DNA from: Yuukianura sp. NJ FZ-2021
Lineage: Eukaryota
Length of the DNA stretch: 64,000 nt
Assembly: GCA_046563655.1 (NCBI GenBank)
Contig: JAJCTO010000010.1
Coordinates: 992,001-1,056,000 of the forward strand
Direction: 5' to 3'
Positions 35,301-50,400 of this stretch are shown in pieces. The position numbers were made by a program, and so were the translations under genes. The stretch's first letter is position 1; the number at the start of each line of letters is the position of its first letter. Below the pieces are notes generated by a model. The model had not been told where the DNA came from. It made no database searches and was given only the letters and a program-made list of their open reading frames with translations.

Positions 35301-37915
35301 GTTATTTAGCACAGCATCACCATACCACAAGTGCATAATTCTAACTACGATTTAGGTTTAACTTAGGGTTGAAACTATACAACAAGGTGTTAAACGTTCT
35401 GAAAAATGGAATTTATGCCTTGTTACCGCTCATACCAAAATTCTTGGTATTCATCAAATAACGGTCCACTTCGTCGTAGTGCATAACTGACTAAATCACA
35501 CGTTGAAAAACATGTTGTCAGACTCCATCCTTGAGCTTAAACTAGAAGTGCCGGTGAAGTGTCAAGCATGCCTTCACTTCACATGCAAACCATGAGTTCT
35601 CACTTTGACACCATGAATCATGATAACTCACACGTCGATGGAACTTCAGGGAAAAACCGACTATTACATTTTCTAAATCAAAATTGAACATTCAGCATTT
35701 TTGGCCATTTTTGGATAAAATTTTTGGAAAATTCTTTTTTATATTTCCTACCGACTTTCACATTAATTAGATCATGTCTGAAAACTTCTGCCCAACAAAA
35801 GTCCGAAATTGTGTTTTAGCACAGCTCCACCATACCACAAGTGCATAAGTCTAACTACGATTTAGGTTTAACTTAGGGTTGAAACTATACAACAAGGTGT
35901 TAAACGTTGTGAAAAATGGAATTTATACGTTTTTACCGCTTATACAAAAATTCTTGGTATTCATCAAATAACGGTCCACTTTGTTGTAGTGCATAACTGA
36001 CTAAATCACACGTTGAAAAACATGTTGTCAGCCTCCATCTTTGAGCTTAAACTAGAAGTGCCGGTGAAGTGTCAAGCATGCCTTCACTTCAGATGCAAAC
36101 CATGCGTTCTCACTTTGACACCATGAATCATGATAACTCACACGTCGATGGAACTTCAGGGAAAAACCGACTATTCCATTTTCTAAATCAAAATTGAACA
36201 TTCAGCATTTTTGGTCATTTCTGAATAGAAATTTTGGAAAATACTTTTTTATATTTCCTACCGACTTGCACATTAAATAGATCATGTCTGAAAACTTCTG
36301 CCCAACAATAGTCCGAAATTGTATTTTAGCACAGCATCACCATACCACAAGTGCATAAGTCTAACTACGATTTAGGTTTAACTTAGGGTTGAAACTTTAC
36401 AACAAGGTGTTAAACGTTCTGAAAAATGGAATTTATGCCTTATTACCGCTCATACCAAAATTCTTGGTATTCATCAAATAACGGTCCACTTCGTCGTAGT
36501 GCATAACTGACTAAATCACACGTTGAAAAACATGTTGTTAGACTCCATCCTTGAGCTTAAACTAGAAGTGCCGGTGAAGTGTCAAGCATGCCTTCACTTC
36601 ACATGCAAACCATGAGTTCTCACTTTGACACCATGAATCATGATAACTCACACGTCGATGGAACTTCAGTGAAAAACCGACTATTACATTTTCTAAATCA
36701 AAATTGAACATTCAGCATTTTTGGCCATTTTTGGATAAAATTTTTGGAAAATACTTTTTTATATTTCCTACCGACTAGCACATTAAATACATCATGTCTG
36801 AAAACTTCTGCCCAACAATAGTCTGAAATTGTTATTTAGCACAGCGTCACCATACCACAAGTGCATAATTCTAACTACGATTTAGGTTTAACTTAGGGTT
36901 GAAACTATACAACAAGGTGTTAAACGTTCTGAAAAATGGAATTTATGCCTTGTTACCGCTCATACCAAAATTCTTGGTATTCATCAAATAACGGTCCACT
37001 TCGTCGTAGTGCATAACTCACTAAATCACACGTTGAAAAACATGTTGTCAGACTCCATCCTTGAGCTTAAACTAGAAGTGCCGGTGAAGTGTCAAGCATG
37101 CCTTCACTTCACATGCAAACCATGAGTTCTCACTTTGACACCATGAATCATGATAACTCACACGTCGATGGAACTTCAGGGAAAAACCGACTATTACATT
37201 TTCTAAATCAAAATTGAACATTCAGCATTTTTGGCCATTTTTGGATAAAATTTTTGGAAAATTCTTTTTTATATTTCCTACCGACTTTCACATTAATTAG
37301 ATCATGTCTGAAAACTTCTGCCCAACAAAAGTCCGAAATTGTGTTTTAGCACAGCTCCACCATACCACAAGTGCATAAGTCTAACTACGATTTAGGTTTA
37401 ACTTAGGGTTGAAACTATACAACAAGGTGTTAAACGTTGTGAAAAATGGAATTTATGCGTTTTTACCGCTTATACAAAAATTCTTGGTATTCATCAAATA
37501 ACGGTCCACTTTGTTGTAGTGCATAACTGACTAAATCACACGTTGAAAAACATGTTGTCAGCCTCCATCTTTGAGCTTAAACTAGAAGTGCCGGTGAAGT
37601 GTCAAGCATGCCTTCACTTCAGATGCAAACCATGCGTTCTCACTTTGACACCATGAATCATGATAACTCACACGTCGATGGAACTTCAGGGAAAAACCGA
37701 CTATTCCATTTTCTAAATCAAAATTGAACATTCAGCATTTTTGGTCATTTCTGAATAGAAATTTTGGAAAATACTTTTTTATATTTCCTACCGACTTGCA
37801 CATTAAATAGATCATGTCTGAAAACTTCTGCCCAACAATAGTCCGAAATTGTATTTTAGCACAGCATCACCATACCACAAGTGCATAAGTCTAACTACGA
37901 TTTAGGTTTAACTTA
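17348..37915. repeat. Tandem ~510-bp satellite array, middle segment (~40 monomers)
   Basis: Continuous head-to-tail copies in the same orientation as the left segment, resuming exactly at the TSD. Confidence 0.98.
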
Positions 37916-38425
37916 CGCTGAATCTATACTTTTACCTTTTCCATTTCCGTTCCTCTTCCATTCCCGTTCCATTCCATTACGAATGCATTGTTGTCATCCA
38001 TACTACAATTGCATTCCAGTACCATTTCCATGACAGTACCATTCCGTTTTCTATTTCATCGAGCATTCTCGCTGAAAAGTATGGATCGTTCCGTCGATGC
38101 ACAAATTGAAATTGCACATTTTGTATAGTTTTCTTTAGCGTTGGTGCATTTGTGCAAATTTAATTTGGCATAGCAACCCGCTTTTCCTCGGTCGTTCCAT
38201 TGAAGGAATAGAACTGAGTTGAATGGCACGATGTCACTGGCATGGCAATGGAATGCAACAGGAACGGAAAACTCAAAATGCATTTCCATTCCATTTCCAT
38301 TCCATCATCGTTCCTCATGGAAACCACGAAGCAACGATGGAAAACAAGTATGGATCGTGAAAATGGAAAATGGAATGGAATGCAACGAGAATGGAACGGG
38401 AAAACCACGAAGTATAGATTCAGCG
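37916..38425. mobile_element. Non-autonomous DNA transposon (MITE), PIF/Harbinger-like, 510 bp
   Basis: Perfect 16-bp TIR CGCTGAATCTATACTT / AAGTATAGATTCAGCG. The 3-bp TSD TTA lies at 37913-37915 and 38426-38428. The empty site (consensus AACTTAGGGTTG) is present in the other monomers. No transposase is encoded. Confidence 0.93.
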
Positions 38426-41400
38426 TTAGGGTTGAAACTTTACAACAAGGTGTTAAACGTTCTGAAAAATGGAATTTATGCCTTATTACCGCTCATACCA
38501 AAATTCTTGGTATTCATCAAATAACGGTCCACTTCGTCGTAGTGCATAACTGACTAAATCACACGTTGAAAAACATGTTGTTAGACTCCATCCTTGAGCT
38601 TAAACTAGAAGTGCCGGTGAAGTGTCAAGCATGCCTTCACTTCACATGCAAACCATGAGTTCTCACTTTGACACCATGAATCATGATAACTCACACGTCG
38701 ATGGAACTTCAGGGAAAAACCGACTATTACATTTTCTAAATCAAAATTGAACATTCGGCATTTTTGGCCATTTTTGGATAAAATTTCTGGAAAATACTTT
38801 TTTATATTTCCTACCGACTAGCACATTAAATACATCATGTCTGAAAACTTCTGCCCAACAATAGTCTGAAATTGTTATTTAGCACAGCATCACCATACCA
38901 CAAGTGCATAATTCTAACTACGATTTAGGTTTAACTTAGGGTTGAAACTATACAACAAAGTGTTAAACGTTCTGAAAAATGGAATTTATGCCTTGTTACC
39001 GCTCATACCAAAATTCTTGGTATTCATCAAATAACGGTCCACTTCGTCGTAGTGCATAACTGACTAAATCACACGTTGAAAAACATGTTGTCAGCCGCCA
39101 TCTTTGAGCTTAAACTAGAAGTGCCGGTGAAGTGTCAAGCATGCCTTCACTTCACATGCAAACCATGAGTTCTCACTTTGACACCATGAATCATGATAAC
39201 TCACACGTCGATGGAACTTCAGGGAAAAACCGACTATTACATTTTCTAAATCAAAATTGAACATTCAGCATTTTTGGCCATTTTTGGATAAAATTTTTGG
39301 AAAATACTTTTTTATATTTCCTACCGACTAGCACATTAAATGTATGAAAAGTTCTGCCCAACAATAGTCTGAAATTGTTATTTAGCACAGCATCACCATA
39401 CCACAAGTGCATAATTCTAACTACGATTTAGGTTTAACTTAGGGTTGAAACTATACAACAAGGTGTTAAACGTTCTGAAAAATGGAATTTATGCCTTGTT
39501 ACCGCTCATACCAAAATTCTTGGTATTCATCAAATAACGGTCCACTTCGTCGTAGTGCATAACTGACTAAATCACACGTTGAAAAACATGTTGTCAGCCG
39601 CCATCTTTGAGCTTAAACTAGAAGTGCCGGTGAAGTGTCAAGCATGCCTTCACTTCAGATGCAAACCATGCGTTCTCACTTTGACACCATGAATCATGAT
39701 AACTCACACGTCGATGGAACTTCAGGGAAAAACCGACTATTACATTTTCTAAATCAAAATTGAACATTCAGCATTTTTGGCCATTTCTGAATAGAAATTT
39801 TGGAAAATACTTTTTTATATTTCCTACCGACTTGCACATTAAATAGATCATGTCTGAAAACTTCTGCCCAACAATAGTCCGAAATTGTATTTTAGCACAG
39901 CATCACCATACCACAAGTGCATAAGTCTAACTACGATTTAGGTTTAACTTAGGGTTGAAACTTTACAACAAGGTGTTAAACGTTCTGAAAAATGGAATTT
40001 ATGCCTTGTTACCGCTCATACCAAAATTCTTGGTATTCATCAAATAACGGTCCACTTCGTCGTAGTGCATAACTGACTAAATCACACGTTGAAAAACATG
40101 TTGTCAGACTCCATCCTTGAGCTTAAACTAGAAGTGCCGGTGAAGTGTCAAGCATGCCTTCACTTCACATGCAAACCATGAGTTCTCACTTTGACACCAT
40201 GAATCATGATAACTCACACGTCGATGGAACTTCAGGGAAAAACCGACTATTACATTTTCTAAATCAAAATTGAACATTCAGCATTTTTGGCCATTTTTGG
40301 ATAAAATTTTTGGAAAATACTTCTTTATATTTCTTACCGACTAGCACATTAAATGTCTGAAAAGTTCTGCCCAACAATAGTCTGAAATTGTTATTTAGCA
40401 CAGCATCACCATACCACAAGTGCATAATTCTAACTACGATTTAGGTTTAACTTAGGGTTGAAACTATACAACAAGGTGTTAAACGTTCTGAAAAATGGAA
40501 TTTATGCCTTGTTACCGCTCATACCAAAATTCTTGGTATTCATCAAATAACGGTCCACTTCGTCGTAGTGCATAACTGACTAAATCACACGTTGAAAAAC
40601 ATGTTGTCAGACTCCATCCTTGAGCTTAAACTAGAAGTGCCGGTGAAGTGTCAAGCATGCCTTCACTTCACATGCAAACCATGAGTTCTCACTTTGACAC
40701 CATGAATCATGATAACTCACACGTCGATGGAACTTCAGGGAAAAACCGACTATTACATTTTCTAAATCAAAATTGAACATTCAGCATTTTTGGCCATTTT
40801 TGGATAAAATTTTTGGAAAATTCTTTTTTATATTTCCTACCGACTTTCACATTAATTAGATCATGTCTGAAAACTTCTGCCCAACAAAAGTCCGAAATTG
40901 TGTTTTAGCACAGCTCCACCATACCACAAGTGCATAAGTCTAACTACGATTTAGGTTTAACTTAGGGTTGAAACTATACAACAAGGTGTTAAACGTTGTG
41001 AAAAATGGAATTTATGCGTTTTTACCGCTTATACAAAAATTCTTGGTATTCATCAAATAACGGTCCACTTTGTTGTAGTGCATAACTGACTAAATCACAC
41101 GTTGAAAAACATGTTGTCAGCCTCCATCTTTGAGCTTAAACTAGAAGTGCCGGTGAAGTGTCAAGCATGCCTTCACTTCAGATGCAAACCATGCGTTCTC
41201 ACTTTGACACCATGAATCATGATAACTCACACGTCGATGGAACTTCAGGGAAAAACCGACTATTCCATTTTCTAAATCAAAATTGAACATTCAGCATTTT
41301 TGGTCATTTCTGAATAGAAATTTTGGAAAATACTTTTTTATATTTCCTACCGACTTGCACATTAAATAGATCATGTCTGAAAACTTCTGCCCAACAATAG

Positions 41401-44400
41401 TCCGAAATTGTATTTTAGCACAGCATCACCATACCACAAGTGCATAAGTCTAACTACGATTTAGGTTTAACTTAGGGTTGAAACTTTACAACAAGGTGTT
41501 AAACGTTCTGAAAAATGGAATTTATGCCTTATTACCGCTCATACCAAAATTCTTGGTATTCATCAAATAACGGTCCACTTCGTCGTAGTGCATAACTGAC
41601 TAAATCACACGTTGAAAAACATGTTGTTAGACTCCATCCTTGAGCTTAAACTAGAAGTGCCGGTGAAGTGTCAAGCATGCCTTCACTTCACATGCAAACC
41701 ATGAGTTCTCACTTTGACACCATGAATCATGATAACTCACACGTCGATGGAACTTCAGTGAAAAACCGACTATTACATTTTCTAAATCAAAATTGAACAT
41801 TCAGCATTTTTGGCCATTTTTGGATAAAATTTTTGGAAAATACTTTTTTATATTTCCTACCGACTAGCACATTAAATACATCATGTCTGAAAACTTCTGC
41901 CCAACAATAGTCTGAAATTGTTATTTAGCACAGCATCACCATACCACAAGTGCATAATTCTAACTACGATTTAGGTTTAACTTAGGGTTGAAACTATACA
42001 ACAAGGTGTTAAACGTTCTGAAAAATGGAATTTATGCCTTGTTACCGCTCATACCAAAATTCTTGGTATTCATCAAATAACGGTCCACTTCGTCGTAGTG
42101 CATAACTCACTAAATCACACGTTGAAAAACATGTTGTCAGACTCCATCCTTGAGCTTAAACTAGAAGTGCCGGTGAAGTGTCAAGCATGCCTTCACTTCA
42201 CATGCAAACCATGCGTTCTCACTTTGACACCATGAATCATGATAACTCACACGTCGATGGAACTTCAGGGAAAAACCGACTATTAAATTTTCTAAATCAA
42301 AATTGAACATTCAGCATTTTTGGCCGTTTCTGTATACAATTTTTGGAAAATACTTTTTATATTTCCTACCGACTTGCACATTAAATAGATCATGTCTGAA
42401 AACTTCTGCCCAACAATAGTCCGAAATTGTATTTTAGCACAGCATCACCATACCACAAGTGCATAAGTCTAACTACGATTTAGGTTTAACTTAGGGTTGA
42501 AACTTTACAACAAGGTGTTAAACGTTCTGAAAAATGGAATTTATGCCTTATTACCGCTCATACCAAAATTCTTGGTATTCATCAAATAACGGTCCACTTC
42601 GTCGTAGTGCATAACTGACTAAATCACACGTTGAAAAACATGTTGTTAGACTCCATCCTTGAGCTTAAACTAGAAGTGCCGGTGAAGTGTCAAGCATGCC
42701 TTCACTTCACATGCAAACCATGAGTTCTCACTTTGACACCATGAATCATGATAACTCACACGTCGATGGAACTTCAGTGAAAAACCGACTATTACATTTT
42801 CTAAATCAAAATTGAACATTCAGCATTTTTGGCCATTTTTGGATAAAATTTTTGGAAAATACTTTTTATATTTCCTACCGACTAGCACATTAAATACATC
42901 ATGTCTGAAAACTTCTGCCCAACAATAGTCTGAAATTGTTATTTAGCACAGCATCACCATACCACAAGTGCATAATTCTAACTACGATTTAGGTTTAACT
43001 TAGGGTTGAAACTATACAACAAGGTGTTAAACGTTCTGAAAAATGGAATTTATGCCTTGTTACCGCTCATACCAAAATTCTTGGTATTCATCAAATAACG
43101 GTCCACTTCGTCGTAGTGCATAACTCACTAAATCACACGTTGAAAAACATGTTGTCAGACTCCATCCTTGAGCTTAAACTAGAAGTGCCGGTGAAGTGTC
43201 AAGCATGCCTTCACTTCACATGCAAACCATGCGTTCTCACTTTGACACCATGAATCATGATAACTCACACGTCGATGGAACTTCAGGGAAAAACCGACTA
43301 TTAAATTTTCTAAATCAAAATTGAACATTCAGCATTTTTGGCCGTTTCTGTATACAATTTTTGGAAAATACTTTTTTATATTTCCTACCGACTTGCACAT
43401 TAAATAGATCATGTGTGAAAACTTCTGCATAACAATAGTCCAAAATTGTATTTTAGCACAGCTCCACCATACAACAAGTGCATAAGTCTAACTACGATTT
43501 AGGTTTAACTTAGGGTTGAAACTATACAACAAGGTGTTAAACGTTCTGAAAAATGGAATTTATGCCTTGTTACCGCTCATACCAAAATTCTTGGTATTCA
43601 TCAAATAACGGTCCACTTCGTCGTAGTGCATAACTGACTAAATCACACGTTGAAAAACATGTTGTCAGACTCCATCCTTGAGCTTAAACTAGAAGTGCCG
43701 GTGAAGTGTCAAGCATGCCTTCACTTCACATGCAAACCATGAGTTCTCACTTTGACACCATGAATCATGATAACTCACACGTCGATGGAACTTCAGGGAA
43801 AAACCGACTATTACATTTTCTAAATCAAAATTGAACATTCAGCATTTTTGGCCATTTTTGGATAAAATTTTTGGAAAATTCTTTTTTATATTTCCTACCG
43901 ACTTTCACATTAATTAGATCATGTCTGAAAACTTCTGCCCAACAAAAGTCCGAAATTGTGTTTTAGCACAGCTCCACCATACCACAAGTGCATAAGTCTA
44001 ACTACGATTTAGGTTTAACTTAGGGTTGAAACTATACAACAAGGTGTTAAACGTTGTGAAAAATGGAATTTATGCGTTTTTACCGCTTATACAAAAATTC
44101 TTGGTATTCATCAAATAACGGTCCACTTTGTTGTAGTGCATAACTGACTAAATCACACGTTGAAAAACATGTTGTCAGCCTCCATCTTTGAGCTTAAACT
44201 AGAAGTGCCGGTGAAGTGTCAAGCATGCCTTCACTTCAGATGCAAACCATGCGTTCTCACTTTGACACCATGAATCATGATAACTCACACGTCGATGGAA
44301 CTTCAGGGAAAAACCGACTATTCCATTTTCTAAATCAAAATTGAACATTCAGCATTTTTGGTCATTTCTGAATAGAAATTTTGGAAAATACTTTTTTATA

Positions 44401-47400
44401 TTTCCTACCGACTTGCACATTAAATAGATCATGTCTGAAAACTTCTGCCCAACAATAGTCCGAAATTGTATTTTAGCACAGCATCACCATACCACAAGTG
44501 CATAAGTCTAACTACGATTTAGGTTTAACTTAGGGTTGAAACTTTACAACAAGGTGTTAAACGTTCTGAAAAATGGAATTTATGCCTTATTACCGCTCAT
44601 ACCAAAATTCTTGGTATTCATCAAATAACGGTCCACTTCGTCGTAGTGCATAACTGACTAAATCACACGTTGAAAAACATGTTGTTAGACTCCATCCTTG
44701 AGCTTAAACTAGAAGTGCCGGTGAAGTGTCAAGCATGCCTTCACTTCACATGCAAACCATGAGTTCTCACTTTGACACCATGAATCATGATAACTCACAC
44801 GTCGATGGAACTTCAGTGAAAAACCGACTATTACATTTTCTAAATCAAAATTGAACATTCAGCATTTTTGGCCATTTTTGGATAAAATTTTTGGAAAATA
44901 CTTTTTTATATTTCCTACCGACTTGCACATTAAATACATCATGTCTGAAAACTTCTGCCCAACAATAGTCTGAAATTGTTATTTAGCACAGCATCACCAT
45001 ACCACAAGTGCATAATTCTAACTACGATTTAGGTTTAACTTAGGGTTGAAACTATACAACAAGGTGTTAAACGTTCTGAAAAATGGAATTTATGCCTTGT
45101 TACCGCTCATACCAAAATTCTTGGTATTCATCAAATAACGGTCCACTTCGTCGTAGTGCATAACTCACTAAATCACACGTTGAAAAACATGTTGTCAGAC
45201 TCCATCCTTGAGCTTAAACTAGAAGTGCCGGTGAAGTGTCAAGCATGCCTTCACTTCACATGCAAACCATGCGTTCTCACTTTGACACCATGAATCATGA
45301 TAACTCACACGTCGATGGAACTTCAGGGAAAAACCGACTATTAAATTTTCTAAATCAAAATTGAACATTCAGCATTTTTGGCCGTTTCTGTATACAATTT
45401 TTGGAAAATACTTTTTTATATTTCCTACCGACTTGCACATTAAATAGATCATGTCTGAAAACTTCTGCCCAACAATAGTCCGAAATTGTATTTTAGCACA
45501 GCATCACCATACCACAAGTGCATAAGTCTAACTACGATTTAGGTTTAACTTAGGGTTGAAACTATACAACAAGGTGTTAAACGTTCTGAAAAATGGAATT
45601 TATGCCTTATTACCGCTCATACCAAAATTCTTGGTATTCATCAAATAACGGTCCACTTCGTCGTAGTGCATAACTGACTAAATCACACGTTGAAAAACAT
45701 GTTGTCAGACTCCATCCTTGAGCTTAAACTAGAAGTGCCGGTGAAGTGTCAAGCATGCCTTCACTTCACATGCAAACCATGAGTTCTCACTTTGACACCA
45801 TGAATCATGATAACTCACACGTCGATGGAACTTCAGTGAAAAACCGACTATTACATTTTCTAAATCAAAATTGAACATTCAGCATTTTTGGCCATTTTTG
45901 GATAAAATTTTTGGAAAATACTTTTTTATATTTCCTACCGACTAGCACATTAAATACATCATGTCTGAAAACTTCTGCCCAACAATAGTCTGAAATTGTT
46001 ATTTAGCACAGCATCACCATACCACAAGTGCATAATTCTAACTACGATTTAGGTTTAACTTAGGGTTGACACTATACAACAAGGTGTTAAACGTTCTGAA
46101 AAATGGAATTTATGCCTTGTTACCGCTCATACCAAAATTCTTGGTATTCATCAAATAACGGTCCACTTCGTCGTAGTGCATAACTGACTAAATCACACGT
46201 TGAAAAACATGTTGTCAGCCTCCATCCTTGAGCTTAAACTAGAAGTGCCGGTGAAGTGTCAAGCATGCCTTCACTTCAGATGCAAACCATGCGTTCTCAC
46301 TTTGACACCATGAATCATGATGATAACTCACACGTCGATGGAACTTCAGGGAATAACCTACTATTACATTTTCTAAATCAAAATTGAACATTCAGCATTT
46401 TTGGAGATTTCTGAATAGAAATTTTGGAAAATACTTTTTTATATTTCCTACCGACTTGCACATTAAATAGATCATGTCTGAAAACTTCTGCCCAACAATA
46501 GTCCGAAATTGTATTTTAGCACAGCATGCATCACCATACCGCAAGTGCATAAGTCTAACTACGATTTAGGTTTAACTTAGGGTTGAAACTTTACAACAAG
46601 GTGTTAAACGTTATGAAAAATGGAATTTATGCCTTGTTACCGCTCATACCAAAATTCTTGGTATTCATCAAATAACGGTCCACTTCGTCGTAGTGCATAA
46701 CTGACTAAATCACACGTTGAAAAACATGTTGTCAGCCTCCATCCTTGAGCTTAAACTCGAAGTGCCGGTGAAGTGTCAAGCATGCCTTCACTTCAGATGC
46801 AAACCATGCGTTCTCACTTTGACACCATGAATCATGATGATAACTCACACGTCGATGGAACTTCAGGGAATAACCTACTATTACATTTTCTAAATCAAAA
46901 TTGAACATTCAGCATTTTTGGAGATTTCTGAATAGAAATTTTGGAAAATACTTTTTATATTTCCTACCGACTTGCACATTAAATAGATCATGTCTGAAAA
47001 CTTCTGCCCAACAATAGTCCGAAATTGTATTTTAGCACAGCATGCATCACCATACCACAAGTGCATAAGTCTAACTACGATTTAGGTTTAACTTAGGGTT
47101 GAAACTATACAACAAGGTGTTAAACGTTCTGAAAAATGGAATTTATGCCTTGTTACCGCTCATACCAAAATTCTTGGTATTCATCAAATAACGGTCCACT
47201 TCGTCGTAGTGCATAACTGACTAAATCACACGTTGAAAAACATGTTGTCAGACTCCATCCTTGAGCTTAAACTAGAAGTGCCGGTGAAGTGTCAAGCATG
47301 CCTTCACTTCACATGCAAACCATGAGTTCTCACTTTGACACCATGAATCATGATAACTCACACGTCGATGGAACTTCAGGGAAAAACCGACTATTACATT

Positions 47401-50400
47401 TTCTAAATCAAAATTGAACATTCAGCATTTTTGGCCATTTTTGGATAAAATTTTTGGAAAATTCTTTTTTATATTTCCTACCGACTTTCACATTAAATTA
47501 GATCATGTCTGAAAACTTCTGCCCAACAAAAGTCCGAAATTGTGTTTTAGCACAGCTCCACCATACCACAAGTGCATAAGTCTAACTACGATTTAGGTTT
47601 AACTTAGGGTTGAAACTATACAACAAGGTGTTAAACGTTGTGAAAAATGGAATTTATGCGTTTTTACCGCTTATACAAAAATTCTTGGTATTCATCAAAT
47701 AACGGTCCACTTTGTTGTAGTGCATAACTGACTAAATCACACGTTGAAAAACATGTTGTCAGCCTCCATCCTTGAGCTTAAACTAGAAGTGCCGGTGAAG
47801 TGTCAAGCATGCCTTCACTTCAGATGCAAACCATGCGTTCTCACTTTGACACCATGAATCATGATAACTCACACGTCGATGGAACTTCAGGGAAAAACCG
47901 ACTATTCCATTTTCTAAATCAAAATTGAACATTCAGCATTTTTGGTCATTTCTGAATAGAAATTTTGGAAAATACTTTTTTATATTTCCTACCGACTTGC
48001 ACATTAAATAGATCATGTCTGAAAACTTCTGCCCAACAATAGTCCGAAATTGTATTTTAGCACAGCATCACCATACCACAAGTGCATAAGTCTAACTACG
48101 ATTTAGGTTTAACTTAGGGTTGAAACTTTACAACAAGGTGTTAAACGTTCTGAAAAATGGAATTTATGCCTTATTACCGCTCATACCAAAATTCTTGGTA
48201 TTCATCAAATAACGGTCCACTTCGTCGTAGTGCATAACTGACTAAATCACACGTTGAAAAACATGTTGTTAGACTCCATCCTTGAGCTTAAACTAGAAGT
48301 GCCGGTGAAGTGTCAAGCATGCCTTCACTTCACATGCAAACCATGAGTTCTCACTTTGACACCATGAATCATGATAACTCACACGTCGATGGAACTTCAG
48401 TGAAAAACCGACTATTACATTTTCTAAATCAAAATTGAACATTCAGCATTTTTGGCCATTTTTGGATAAAATTTTTGGAAAATACTTTTTTATATTTCCT
48501 ACCGACTAGCACATTAAATACATCATGTCTGAAAACTTCTGCCCAACAATAGTCTGAAATTGTTATTTAGCACAGCATCACCATACCACAAGTGCATAAG
48601 TCTAACTACGATTTAGGTTTAACTTAGGGTTGAAACTATACAACAAGGTGTTAAACGTTCTGAAAAATGGAATTTATGCCTTGTTACCGCTCATACCAAA
48701 ATTCTTGGTATTCATCAAATAACGGTCCACTTCGTCGTAGTGCATAACTCACTAAATCACACGTTGAAAAACATGTTGTCAGACTCCATCCTTGAGCTTA
48801 AACTAGAAGTGCCGGTGAAGTGTCAAGCATGCCTTCACTTCACATGCAAACCATGCGTTCTCACTTTGACACCATGAATCATGATAACTCACACGTCGAT
48901 GGAACTTCAGGGAAAAACCGACTATTAAATTTTCTAAATCAAAATTGAACATTCAGCATTTTTGGCCGTTTCTGTATACAATTTTTGGAAAATACTTTTT
49001 TATATTTCCTACCGACTTGCACATTAAATAGATCATGTCTGAGAACTTCTGCCCAACAATAGTCCGAAATTGTATTTTAGCACAGCATCACCATACCACA
49101 AGTGCATAAGTCTAACTACGATTTAGGTTTAACTTAGGGTTGAAACTTTACAACAAGGTGTTAAACGTTCTGAAAAATGGAATTTATGCCTTATTACCGC
49201 TCATACCAAAATTCTTGGTATTCATCAAATAACGGTCCACTTCGTCGTAGTGCATAACTGACTAAATCACACGTTGAAAAACATGTTGTTAGACTCCATC
49301 CTTGAGCTTAAACTAGAAGTGCCGGTGAAGTGTCAAGCATGCCTTCACTTCACATGCAAACCATGAGTTCTCACTTTGACACCATGAATCATGATAACTC
49401 ACACGTCGATGGAACTTCAGTGAAAAACCGACTATTACATTTTCTAAATCAAAATTGAACATTCAGCATTTTTGGCCATTTTTGGATAAAATTTTTGGAA
49501 AATACTTTTTTATATTTCCTACCGACTAGCACATTAAATACATCATGTCTGAAAACTTCTGCCCAACAATAGTCTGAAATTGTTATTTAGCACAGCATCA
49601 CCATACCACAAGTGCATAATTCTAACTACGATTTAGGTTTAACTTAGGGTTGAAACTATACAACAAGGTGTTAAACGTTCTGAAAAATGGAATTTATGCC
49701 TTGTTACCGCTCATACCAAAATTCTTGGTATTCATCAAATAACGGTCCACTTCGTCGTAGTGCATAACTCACTAAATCACACGTTGAAAAACATGTTGTC
49801 AGACTCCATCCTTGAGCTTAAACTAGAAGTGCCGGTGAAGTGTCAAGCATGCCTTCAATTCACATGCAAACCATGAGTTCTCACTTTGACACCATGAATC
49901 ATGATAACTCACACGTCGATGGAACTTCAGGGAAAAACCGACTATTACATTTTCTAAATCAAAGTTGAACATTCAGCATTTTTGGCCATTTTTGGATAAA
50001 ATTTTTGGAAAATACTTTTTTATATTTCCTACCGACTAGCACATTAAATACATCATGTCTGAAAACTTCTGCCCAACAATAGTCTGAAATTGTTATTTAG
50101 CACAACTCCACCATACAACAAGTGCATAAGTCTAACTACGATTTAGGTTTAACTTAGGGTTGACACTATACAACAAGGTGTTAAACGTTCTGAAAAATGG
50201 AATTTATGCCTTGTTACCGCTCATACCAAAATTCTTGGTATTCATCAAATAACGGTCCACTTCGTCGTAGTGCATAACTGACTAAATCACACGTTGAAAA
50301 ACATGTTGTCAGCCTCCATCCTTGAGCTTAAACTCGAAGTGCCGGTGAAGTGTCAAGCATGCCTTCACTTCAGATGCAAACCATGCGTTCTCACTTTGAC

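Noticed and set aside
38056..38553. ORFs inside or across the MITE
   Set aside because: Low-complexity pentamer translations with no transposase motifs; two cross the TIR into the satellite.
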